Notes under the pieces: generated by a model
The model's input: only the letters and a program-made list of their open reading frames with translations
Databases searched by the model: none
Told to the model about the DNA's origin: nothing
NCBI RefSeq assembly: GCF_006345805.1
Contig: NW_021834840.1
Coordinates: forward strand, 1 to 45,149
Length of the DNA stretch: 45,149 nt
Source of the DNA: Octopus sinensis
Lineage: Eukaryota
Direction: 5' to 3'
In this document: positions 26,988-38,342 of the stretch, in pieces
Layout: every line of letters begins with the position of its first letter
Numbering within the stretch: the stretch's first letter is position 1
Position numbers and translations under genes: made by a program

Positions 26988-27021
<34 letters not shown>

Positions 27022-27387
27022 TGTGTGTGTGTACATGTTTGAAAAGATTGGTCTTTTCCCCTTTCAGTTACAGAAATGGAAGGTCAAAAGTTCAGCCCAT
27101 TTGTCTATCAAAGGTTAATACATACGTATTACCTTTCCCATAAAGGCTTCGATAGAAACCATATTTTTGTTTCAATATACTTATTAAGTATCTGCCAACA
27201 CAGATTAACAACTGCGAATTGCTGTGGCCTTCTGGATTTTCAGACACGAATTACCTTGGATTATCTTTTACAGTGTATCCACTCTTACAGTTCTTGTTAT
27301 GCTTTTCCTACATATATCATAACGGCTTATGTATTATTATTTTATTCTTTCATTCATTTACTTGTTTTAGTCATTTGACTGCAGCCA

Positions 27388-27936
27388 TGTCTGTCCTTGT
27401 TTGTCTTCTCCGTGTTTAGCCCCTTGTGGGCAGTAAAGAAATAGGAAATAGCTATTTCGTCTGCCGTTACGTTCTGAGTTAAAATTCCGCCGAGGTCGAC
27501 TTTGCCTTTCATCCTTTCGGGGTCGATTAAATAAGTACCAGTTACACACTGGGGTCGATATAATCGACTTAATCCGTTTGTCTGTCCTTGTTTTTCCTCT
27601 CTGCGTTTAGCCTCTTGTGGGCAGTAAAGAAATATGATATAGATGCAGAGGCTGTGGATACTGGATTTTTCAAATCATCTCTTATGCCGTCGATTCAAAA
27701 TATTTGGGGCAAATTATTTTTTGATTATTAAATCAAATGCTTATACTCAGACAAGATCGAGAGAGTGATTATGTTATGGCAGTAAAGTAGCAGCCTATGA
27801 AGAAATAAGAAGCAGGGCACCCTGAAACCATACGGTGAAGGACCAATGACAAGGAAAGGAGAAAAGAAGGGTGGAGAAGCTGTAATGCGACTAGAACAGT
27901 GGAAGAAAACAGAGCTGGATTGAAAGATCATGTTGC
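27388..27936 (+). repeat. Local duplicate of 23632-24173 inserted into a family B SINE tail
   Basis: Colinear and highly similar over ~545 bp including non-SINE sequence; flanks gcagccatg and gcctttagtcgaacaaatcg are normally ~10 bp apart in the family B tail. Confidence 0.9.
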
Positions 27937-28160
27937 CTTTAGTCGAACAAATCGCCCCCACCACATTTTTTTTCTCGAGATTCAGCTCAGAGCTGCGACC
28001 ATGCTGATGCACCGCCGTTTACATATATATATATATTATATATACATATATATGTATATATATATATATGTATATATATATATGTATATATATATATGTA
28101 TATATATATATGTATATATATATATTATATATATATATGTATATATATATATGTTATATA

Positions 28161-28213
<53 letters not shown>

Positions 28214-28237
28214 TATATATTATATATAATATATATA

Positions 28238-28428
28238 GGGAGAGCTTACGAATAAAACGAAGACAGGTCGTGTACTAAACAAACAGATGTGTTAGTATAA
28301 CGCTCAGGAATAGAAAAAAGTCTTTTACGTTTCGAGCCTACGCTCTTCTACAGAAAGGGCCACAGAAAAAAAAAACAAGTAGAGAAAAAAGGAGAGAAAA
28401 ATGTGTGTAGTGGCTAACGATCAATCAT
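28238..28428 (-). mobile_element. Probable Penelope-like pLTR fragment with degenerate hammerhead-like motif (28322-28357)
   Basis: Reverse complement cttt-CTGTAGA-a-gagc/gtag/gctc-GAAA-cg-TA-aaag; core deviates from CUGANGA. Confidence 0.45.
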
Positions 28429-28431
28429 ATA

Positions 28432-28603
28432 AATATACGACAGGCTTCTTCTAGTTTTCCATCTACCAAATCCGCTCACAAGGCTTTGCTCGGCGCGAGA
28501 CTATAGTAGAAGACACTTGCACAAGGTGCCACGCAGCAAGGCTGAACCCGGAACAACGTCGTTGGTAAGCAAGATACTTACCACATAGCCACTCTTGCGC
28601 CTA
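28432..28603 (-). mobile_element. SINE family B, 5' half
   Basis: ctaccaaatccgctcacaaggcttt...agacacttgcacaaggtgccacgc...ttaccacatagccactcttgcgcctat. Confidence 0.85.
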
Positions 28604-28819
28604 TCGTCCACATTTATTTCTCAGTTTAAAAACGTTTACTTCAAGACTCTAAATTTTCCTTAAACCAAAATATTGAACAAACATATTCATTACCCCATTA
28701 TCCATCATGAAGTTACTTTTATCGTTATCCAACTATATTTTGCACTGGTTTTTCCTGAGAGGATCCCGTAGTGGAACCGTCATTAAATCACGCACTACTT
28801 CAAAGAGCGAGAACTAATT

Positions 28820-28982
28820 ATCTACTCGCAATACCAGAGGGCACACTCTCTTACCTTGATGTAATCTCCAGGGATACAGGCATCCAGCAACAGGACCTCC
28901 GTAATGCTATGATGAACCGTGAAGTCTGGCGTAACATAGTAAATTCCATTGTCTCGACCACGGTCGAACAATGATGATGATC
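28820..28982 (+). mobile_element. RTE-like LINE 3' end with (TGA)n tail
   Basis: YLDVISRDTG...LRNAMMNREVWRNIV C-terminus followed by tgatgatga. Confidence 0.6.
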
Positions 28983-29034
28983 TATAGATGAAACCGAGGC
29001 ATATCTATTTATTAATTTACTATTCCTACACTAT

Positions 29035-29292
29035 GTGGAGGTGCAATGGCTCAGTGGTTAGGGCAGCGGACTCGCGATCGGGGGATCGCAGTCTCGTTTC
29101 CCAGACCGAGCGTTGTGTGTGTTTATTGAGAGAAAACACCTAAAGCTCTACGAGGCTCCGGCAGCGGGTGGCAGTGACCTCTGCTGTACTCTTTCTCTCA
29201 CCCTTTCTTCCTGTTTCTGGGAGGAACACATACGGCACAGAAACCGGGAAACCGTGCCCATGAGCCCGGCTAGGCTTGAAAAGAGCGCATAA
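29035..29292 (+). mobile_element. tRNA-derived SINE family C, diverged
   Basis: gtggaggtgcaatggctcagtggttagggcagcggactc head; gaaaccgggaaaccg body shared with 24614-24903. Confidence 0.8.
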
Positions 29293-29367
29293 ATAGACAT
29301 ATAAAATTCCTAAACTTAAACGACAATACATCGCACGGACTTGAAGTGATTGCTTACATTCTACATG

Positions 29368-29810
29368 TTTGCTTGCTTCAATCATTAACATGTAGTCATG
29401 CTAGGGCACCGCCTTGAAGAAATTTTAGTTGAATAAAGAGGCCCCAACATTTAATTTTGGTTTTTATTCATAAGCCTGGCACTTACACTATAATCTCTTT
29501 TTACGAACCGTAAGGTTACGGGATAAAATACACCAACACCTGTCGTAAGCCGGTGGTTGAGGACAAATATAGGCACAAATGTACACATACATGTATATGT
29601 ATATATGTATGTATTTACGTATGTATGTATGCATGCATACGACGAGCTTCTTTCAGTTTCCATCTATCATATCCACTCACAAAGCTTCGCTTGGCCCGAG
29701 GCTATACTAGAAGACAGAAACCCAAGGTGTCACCAAGTGGTACTGAACGCAGAAAACGGAACCATGTGGTGCGAAGCAAAGTACTTAATACACAGCCACG
29801 CCTGTGCCTA
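29368..29810 (-). mobile_element. SINE family B, diverged near-full-length copy
   Basis: Tail, body and head motifs in order on the minus strand. Confidence 0.75.
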
Positions 29811-29912
29811 ATATAAGAAAATATTTTCCGTTGCTTTTAGACAGAGTTATTCATAAGGAATTATCCCTAAGCAAATTGACTAACCTTTGTATTACTCCTC
29901 ATTTCTGTAATC

Positions 29913-30142
29913 TATTTCTTTATTGCCCACAGGGGGCTAAACATAGAGGGGACAAACAAGGACAGACAAAGGGATTAAGTCAATTACATCGACCCCAGTG
30001 CTTAACTGGTACTTTTTTAGTCGACCCCGAAAGGATGAAAGGCAAAGTCGACCTCGGCGGAATTTGAACTCAGAACGTAACGGCAACGGCTACACATTTC
30101 GCCCGGCGTGTTAACGTTTCTGCCAGCTCGCCGCCTTCAATT
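29913..30142 (-). mobile_element. SINE family A monomer, LINE-like tail, perfect 15-bp TSD
   Basis: ctcatttctgtaatc at 29898-29912 and 30143-30157 flanks the element. Confidence 0.93.
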
Positions 30143-30434
30143 CTCATTTCTGTAATCGTCCTTTGGAAGGCGCCATGTGATATTGGTGGTGAAATTTGAA
30201 CAGAAAATATAGATAACATAAATTACGAATTGCAACACATTTAGATCTGTGATATTCAGTCTCATTTAATTTTTTCTTACATAGTTTTTTCTTATTTTAG
30301 CAAATAAGTGGAACGCATCAGACAACATGTGGACAAAATGTTCTTGTGTGTAAAACCAAACAATGCAAAGCATTTAGTTAAAATATAAAGCCAGGTGGGG
30401 TGAGTAGGGTGGTGTCGCCACCGTCATATCTCCC

Positions 30435-30482
<48 letters not shown>

Positions 30483-30525
30483 TATATATATAGATAGATA
30501 TAGATAGATAGAAAATAGATAGATG

Positions 30526-30574
<49 letters not shown>

Positions 30575-30800
30575 CAGACAGATAGATAGACTAGTACATA
30601 CTAATATAATTTAATACACACACACACGCGTGCGTATATATATATATATATATTCAAAGAGCAATAAAGATTCAATAATATTAAATGAATTACTTGAATA
30701 TGGTACCTAACTTAGATCACCAAAAAAAACTATACTGATTTAACAATACAGTAATGTGGGGTGATTATAAGCGAGAAAGAAGCAACAAGAATGGATAGGT

Positions 30801-30890
30801 TTTTAGTACGATCGTTTCATACAAGGACAGGTTTTATTAAAAGTTGCAAAGATTACAGCATTAAACGAGTCCCGTACTCATCAGCTAAAA
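30801..30890 (-). ncRNA. Type I hammerhead ribozyme motif with extended stem/loop II
   Basis: Reverse complement: ttttag-CTGATGA-gtacgggac...(long loop)...gtccttgtat-GAAA-cgatcg-TA-ctaaaa; perfect 6-bp stem I and palindromic ACGATCGT stem III. Confidence 0.72.
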
Positions 30891-31413
30891 TACATTGAGT
30901 TCTCTAGACATCCTAGTGTTTGAGGCTATACTCATGAAGTATGTAGATAATTAAGTAACTAAACAGATTTCTAAAGTTCATTAAAGTTCTTAAAGATGAT
31001 GTACAGTCTTATCACAGAATTTTATATATATATATCACAGAATTTATATATTTATATATATGTGCATGTGTGTATAAATTCTTTTTCCTATGCGTAAAAT
31101 CTAATTCCCAAAGAAGCAATATATATTTTTTTTCGCATCTCTGCGACTCATAGTACAGATTCAGAACCAGAAAAATGAAACTATATACGTGAACCGAAAG
31201 GCAAATGACGTTTATATTATAGTAATGAAGGAAATGCCAATGGGGTCGCCGTAAAAAAAAATAATAAACAAAAAACATTAAAAAAACGATACAAAAGATA
31301 GAACAAAATTTGTATGGAAAATGGAATATGATCACTTCCGGTGTTCAAGTTAATATATTAACGCTCTCTACAAAGCAGAGAAACCTTAATGTTTAAAAAT
31401 ACAACTGTGCGTA

Positions 31414-31444
<31 letters not shown>

Positions 31445-31464
31445 TATATTATATATCATATATA

Positions 31465-31524
<60 letters not shown>

Positions 31525-31997
31525 GAATTTAGAATTTTATTTGTTGTTTTTTTTTTCTGTACAAAAATGTTTTAAAGGCCCGAAGTTTTAAGTTTCAACT
31601 GATAAATCCAAGATTATTTTTCTTTCCTTGTTTTGTTTCGTCTTTATTTCGCTCTTTCGTTTTATATTCCTTTGATTCTTTTGGTTTGTTAAGTAAAAAA
31701 AAAAGAATACTGGGTACAGATATGGAACTCGAACGTTTCTATCTAAATGTCAATAGGTCAAATACTGCAACGAATTTAATCCGCCAAAAATAAAGCTATG
31801 AGGTCAAAGCCCCAGCATGGCCGCAGTCTAATGACTGAAGCAATTAAAACCATAAACATGCAGATACATCGCTGAGATTTTAGTCACTGATAGTCTAGGA
31901 CCTCTTATAAACCTCATTAATTTACGAGGTTTCGCGAAAGATCTTGTGGGAGGCCCAGCCTTCCAAGTTCTTTTACACCACTGAAAAGAACTGAGAC

Positions 31998-32427
31998 AGG
32001 AATACGTTGAATAAAATCATAATTAACTGATCTTCCTGTATTTTTTTCACCCCAAATCAGGAACCTTTCAGCCGCCCCCTTCGTATATACACGCACGTAC
32101 ACACACACACACCACACACACACACATACAGACACACACATACACACACACAAAAACACACGCACATATACATATATGTCAAGCCTAATTGTGTTTACAT
32201 CACTATCCTCCTTCGCTCTCTTTCTCCTCCTCTCACTCTCTGTCTGTCTCTCTTTATTTCTCTCCCCCTTCCTCTCTCTCTCTCCTCTCTCACTCTCAGA
32301 GCTGAAAGACAGCTGTAATATGCGTGTTAATCAGGGACGGGAATATGTTAAATGAAATCATAATTAACTTATCTTCCTGTATTTTTTTTTTACCCAAACC
32401 CCAGGAAACTTTCAGCACCCCTTCGTA
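31998..32427. mobile_element. Two direct copies (~31998-32085, ~32338-32427) of a probable Tc1/mariner-type terminus
   Basis: Both end caggaa(c/a)ctttcagc..ccccttcgTA, i.e. a TA-flanked mariner-like TIR on the minus strand; separated by (CA)n/(CT)n. Confidence 0.45.
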
Positions 32428-32714
32428 AATTAAATATTTAATTTAATGTATATTAACCAAGTTGATAACCCTTCGTTCGGAAAACTCAGTCATCCGAAAA
32501 GGCCAATGAAACAAAATTTCCGGAAACTCGATCACGTCTTCGTAATATTAAACTGAAAGAAACTAGGGGCAGACTGAGGAAATCGAGATTATATGAATCT
32601 TTAAAAGCAAAAATAGGGCTCACAAGGAAACAGGCCATCTTACCTACACTACGTTCCCTCAAAAAAAAAAAAATTAGTAATTCCTTTAAGAAAGTTGAAA
32701 TATAACGTTGCGTC

Positions 32715-32940
32715 TCTTTTATATTTTTCTTGTTTCAGTCATTAGACCGCGGCCATGCAGCAGCACCGCCTTGAAGAATTTTAGTTGAACGAATTAAATA
32801 CAATACTTATGTTTTGAAAGCATGGTGCTTATTCCATTGTCACTTTTTCTGAGCTGGTAAGTTAAGGGAATGGAACCACACAAATACCGGTTGTCAAGCG
32901 GTTCTGGAGCTCAAACACAGACAAATAGACACACATACAC
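32715..32940 (-). mobile_element. SINE family B, 3' half
   Basis: cttgtttcagtcattagaccgcggccatgc..gcaccgcc...ccggttgtcaagcg. Confidence 0.75.
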
Positions 32941-32944
32941 TAGG

Positions 32945-32994
<50 letters not shown>

Positions 32995-33038
32995 CTTCTA
33001 TCTATTTCTCTAGCTATCTATCAATCTATGAACAATTT

Positions 33039-33352
33039 AAAACAGAGAGTTACTTACTTGCAAATAAATGTCAACATGTGACATTGACCGAGTTTACCGG
33101 GGACTTTTCCGTAGGCTTTTCTTTCCACAGATAAACCTTATCTGTTTCCCCCTTTAGACTTTACATAATGACATTTCTGTGATACACGATCCCTATTGAT
33201 CGGGGTTTTTTTTTACGATCCCTTTTGATCGAAAACCTACACCTCTTTTTACTTGTTCTTCTTTTTTTTCCTTTTTCCTCCCCAAAAAGAAAAGCTCTAC
33301 TTTGTAATTTGTCCCCTCTGTATTCAGCCCTGTGTGGCTAATAAAGAAACAT
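33039..33352 (+). mobile_element. Tx1-clade LINE copy 3; 3' UTR only, embedded in (TATC)n
   Basis: Colinear with 10537-10916 (aaaacagagagtt, cattgaccgag, aggcttttctttccac, gatccctattgatc, aaaagaaaagctctac, tgtgtggctaataa); (TATC)n at 32945-33029 and 33352-33686. Confidence 0.92.
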
Positions 33353-33363
33353 ATCTATCTATC

Positions 33364-33422
<59 letters not shown>

Positions 33423-33423
33423 C

Positions 33424-33477
<54 letters not shown>

Positions 33478-33484
33478 TTATCTG

Positions 33485-33529
<45 letters not shown>

Positions 33530-33556
33530 TTATCTATTTATCTGTCTATCTATCCT

Positions 33557-33602
<46 letters not shown>

Positions 33603-33636
33603 CATCTATCTATCTATCCTGCTATCTATCTATCCT

Positions 33637-33686
<50 letters not shown>
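33352..33686. repeat. (TATC)n microsatellite
   Basis: Directly visible. Confidence 0.97.
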
Positions 33687-33840
33687 AACCAGTGCTCAAC
33701 TTGTACATATTCTATCGACCTCGAAAGAATGAATGACAAAATTGACTTCGGCAGAAATATGAAATCACAATGTAGAAAGTGATGAAATGTCACTAAGCAT
33801 TTTGCCCGGCGTGTTAATGTTTCTACTAGCTCACCACCTC
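33687..33840 (-). mobile_element. SINE family A, diverged
   Basis: ctaagcattttgcccggcgtgttaatgtttctactagctcaccacc is the reverse-complement head. Confidence 0.7.
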
Positions 33841-34065
33841 AAGCAAAGTGCACCGCGACAATATATGAATTGAGGACGAGAAGAAATATTGCGTAATATT
33901 TTTTTCCTCTGCTCTAACAATTCAACCATCTCATTTCTTCGGTACTGAAAGGGATTTACATTTGCCAAAGAAAAGGATAGCCACATGACTGAAACCGAGA
34001 CCAAGTGATTACAAAGAGATCTTCTTAGCTACACGGTCATGTATTAAGCACAAACTATAAATATG

Positions 34066-34763
34066 TTGTTGTTGGCATCCTTTTTGTCTCGGGAGACAAT
34101 GGAGCTGCGCACAGAATAATCTAGTCCGGCTTTTACATTTCATGTCCTAATACATCTCCTGCTGTGGCTGTGTGATCCTATCCTGGACAAACACTTCTTC
34201 TGGCAGGTACCGCAAATGTAGTGAAGACTTTGCCTGGCTGGTTGTAATGTCATAGTTTCTCGTTGACGTCTTTTATTGTCTTTCCATTTCTCCTCTCTCC
34301 CTCTGTCACTCCTTTGTGTTCCCTCTTTTACGGTACATCGCCAATCTCCAAGGTTGCTGGCAACTGCTTCCCAGTTGATAATATTGATGTTGCAGGCATT
34401 CATGTCCCTTTTGCAAACATCCTTGTTTCGCAAGAACGGTCTTATAGACCTAGTGTCCATAGCAAGCTCTCCAAACGGGCATGGGACAATAATAAGCTGA
34501 CCAAGACCACATAAATGAAGATTTACCAGGCATGTGTACTTAGGACTCTACTGTATGGAAGTGAGACTTGGACGCCCTACACACGCCAAGAGCGTCGCCT
34601 AAATATCTTTCACCTGCGCTGCCTCCGAAAAATCCTTGGCATCAAATGGCAGAATCATATCCCCAACAAAGTTGTCCTCAAGCAAGCAGGAATACCAAGT
34701 ATGCTTGCACTCCTCACACAAAGACGTATGAGATGGCTTGGACATGTTAGCCGTATGGAAGAG
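34066..34763 (-). mobile_element. RTE-clade LINE, 5'-truncated with an inverted 5' segment
   Basis: Minus strand 34460-34140: RPFLRNKDVCKRDM...ICGTCQKKCLSRIGSHSHSRRC, then (CAA)n tail; plus strand 34461-34763: KIYQACVLRTLLYGSETWT...HLRCLRKILGIKWQ...RRMRWLGHVSRME. Confidence 0.88.
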
Positions 34764-35329
34764 ATAGCTATATATACAACTAAATATATGTGTGTGTGCG
34801 CGGGCGTACATGCATAGACACAGATAAACATATATGTATATACACACATATATATGAATGCATACATACATATATACATATATACATACATACATACATA
34901 CATACATACATACATACATACATACATGCAATTAATAAGAGGAATGAGCACTAAAATGGATTCCTAATATACTAAAGATAGACGTCAAATCGCCTCACCA
35001 CGAAGAGTGTGTTCTCAAGAAAAATCTCAGTATGTATGTATAGCCCGAGGCTATAATAGAAGACAGAAGCCCAAAGTGTCACCTAGTGGGACTGAACACA
35101 GAAAACGGAACTATGTGGTGCGAAGCAAACTACTTAATATACAGCCAAAACAAAAAATATAACAAAAAGGGAAGAAAAAATAAACAGTTCAATACAGGTT
35201 TTTTCAAATAAACGACAGGAGAACGAGAGTTCCAATTGCAGCAAAGACAAATATTTTTCGGTCACACGGTAATCCTGGCCTTCACAGCTTTTTTAATCCT
35301 TGTGTAATTCCTTGAAATTATTTTTCAAA

Positions 35330-35772
35330 AAGACTTCCTTCGCAAGCACAAAGAAACTACACAGATACATCCAATTTATATCACCATAAGGATGAGAGGT
35401 TCAAAATGATGTAGATACGTTAATACTATTGTAGCTGTTTAATTAACTTACTCCCAAATTATATTGTAACGGAACTCTACCTTTTGAAAAATATTACTAT
35501 TTTTAGCACTGTGTTTAGTTTTCTAATTTTAGTTTCGTTCTTTTGTTGCACTATTCTTCGTATCATTTTGTTATATCTTTTGAATTTCATATACGCCTAA
35601 ATATTTATATATGGGTGGTTTCTATTATGAATCTCTGATATCTAAAATCTAACATATTTTTTTAACGTTGGTGCAGCTTTTGCAAATTTTAATAATCCCA
35701 TACTGATTTCATTGAATTCCTTTTGAACTGATGTACATTTTTATCGTTAATTCCCCCTTCAGGGTGTTGTCT

Positions 35773-35824
<52 letters not shown>

Positions 35825-36400
35825 CATTATAGAGAAGATGATTCATGGTCTGCTTTTCCGTTTGTTTTATCATATATTTATTAATCACTGGTAGTTGAGA
35901 ACATATGTTAAAAGTGTCAGATGTACACAGAAGCGTGGCAACAATAAGGAATATATCTCTAGTTATAAATATAAGGCTGTGTTTTTACCATCTCCTATTT
36001 ATTATGTTGCTCTATTGAAGTTTATAATTTTGGCATAACGTGGCTCATACACCTGTCTTAATATTGGGACTACTCTGTGTATGTGCCGTATCTCCAATAT
36101 CAAGGATTATCGGTTGCTGTCAAAGGTTTTGCAGTAATCATCCGTGTCATGCTTGTATTTTTATTTCTGTTATTGCAGTCTTCAATAACTGCTCACTTTA
36201 CCAATAACTATTCTTTATATTCATTGATCCCATTCTGACAGCCCTTCTGTTCTTCTGCTAAGATTTCATTATTTTCCAGATGATCAACCAACCTGTTCGA
36301 CAGTATAAACGTCAAGGACCCCTTGGTATTTTTGTTTTCGAGAATTAATATTGTTTTCCTCTCTAGTAATCAATCGCGAATGGATTCTAGTCTCTTTAGT
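35330..36400 (-). mobile_element. Ancient R4/Dong-clade RT remnant (not in the ORF track)
   Basis: Manual translation: LVDHLENNEILAEEQKGCQNG..KE*LL..AVIEDC..RNKNTSM..DYCKTFDS (~36290-36115), MNHLLYNDD (~35846-35820), YKYLGVYE (~35609-35585); boundaries approximate. Confidence 0.75.
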
Positions 36401-37005
36401 AATTCATGGAATACACTTGCTGTAGTTTCAAATGAAAATAGCTAAGTGTTTTAACCAGAAGCTGGTCACCTTATCACTTGCTGCAAGCTCTCTTGTTGCA
36501 AGCAAGCTGTCTTAATTGTGTTAGTAAATTCCTTGTAAGATACGCTGGATCACACTTTAAGATAATTATATTTGTATCTTTATTATCCATCACTTTTATA
36601 ATCCATTGTGCGTGCTTATTAGACTGTCTATTCGCATTCCTTATGTTCTGCTACTGACTTTGTATTAATGCTGTTAGTGGTGTATCTTTTAAGATTATAT
36701 TTTGTAATTCTTTACGTGTGCGCGTCGTTTATTGCCTGGAAAAATGCTTAGTATTTCGCTTCGTTTTTTTTTTATGCATTGTGTGTATGCATAGAGGTGT
36801 AACTAAGAAGATTCGGTGTTCGACTCTTACTATATCTCAGTTTGGCCACGTGATTTCTTTCAAACCAGATAACTAAAAGCTTCTGAAAAGAAATTTGTTA
36901 AAGCCTGATGTCCTAGTTTCGTTTCACGATACCACGAAACTTTAAGATTTTAGAAGCCGAATCAAACTGCGATTCTGTTGAACACCACTTTTCGTTGGTT
37001 CACTA

Positions 37006-37090
<85 letters not shown>

Positions 37091-37284
37091 TGTGTGTGTG
37101 TATGTATGTATATATGTATATAAAGAAAGGGATAGATACTTTACTATACACGTGAAATTAAGTAGCATTCAATACACATGTATTGTCTTGCATTTTTTCA
37201 TGTATTTAAGAAGGCTTTGATTCAACTGAACAATATCTTTAGTGATGGGTACTTATTTATATTACGTAACAGGTACTCTTTACC

Positions 37285-37485
37285 ATTTTACTTGTTTGAG
37301 TCATTTGACTGTGGCCATGCTGGAGCACCACCTTTTTAGTCCGTCAAATCGACCCCAGGACTTATTCTTTGTAAGCCTAATACTTATTCTATCGGTCTCT
37401 TTTGCCGAACCGCTAAGTTACGGGGACGTAAACACACCAGCATCGGTTGTCAAGGGATGTTGGGGGGACAAACACAAACATATAT

Positions 37486-37516
<31 letters not shown>

Positions 37517-37675
37517 CATATATATACGACGGGCTTCTTTCAGTTTCCGTCTACCAAATCCACTCACAAGGCTTTGGTCGGCCCGAGGCTATAGTAGAAG
37601 ACACTTGCCCAAGGTGCCACGGAACCATGTGGCTGGTAAGCAAGCTACTTACCACACAGCCACTCCTACACCTAT
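37285..37675 (-). mobile_element. SINE family B, near full length, well preserved
   Basis: All family motifs present, including internal (TA)/(CA)n and CORE-like gtggcaccttgggcaagtgtctt. Confidence 0.9.
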
Positions 37676-37692
37676 ATGTTATATATGTATAA

Positions 37693-37728
<36 letters not shown>

Positions 37729-38127
37729 GTATGTGTGTGTGTGTGTGCGTATGTGTGTGTGTGGTATGTGTATACATATGTAAACGTATATATATGGATA
37801 TATATGTGTGTGTGTCCTTGTGTGCGTTACTGTGTGTACATACTGCTTCAGACGTGTGGAAATATTCTGTAAACCGTAAAATAGCGATAAATCTTTAAAG
37901 TGACTTAGCCATTCATTAAGTAGAACCGACAAAAGGATTACCATGGTATCCTTAGTAGGCCCTGGGTTGGGTTGATATACTTGACTAAGACCCTTAGAAT
38001 TTGATGCTCCAACTGGGTCGCAAAACAAGGGCAGAAACCAGGATAAAAGATGACAGAACGAAACTCCTTTGCCTGAGTTTTTTCATTCTTTTTTTACTTC
38101 CAAGTTTTCTGACTTTTCCTGATGTAT

Positions 38128-38342
38128 GAAGGTGGCAAAGTGGCCGAATCGTTAGCACGCCGAGCATTTCACTTGGCGACGGTCCGTCGATCTTTATGAT
38201 CTAAGTTCAAATTCTACTGAGATCGATTTTGCCTTTCCTCCTTTCGAGGTCGATAAAACAAGTACCTGTTGAATACTAGGATTGATGTAATCGATTTAAT
38301 CCGACAAAAATTGCTGGTTTTGTACCAACAATTCAAAACCAG
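38128..38342 (+). mobile_element. SINE family A, diverged
   Basis: aaggtggcaaagtggccgaatcgttagcacgccg...aagttcaaattc...ttttgcctttcctcctttcgaggtcgataaa. Confidence 0.75.
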
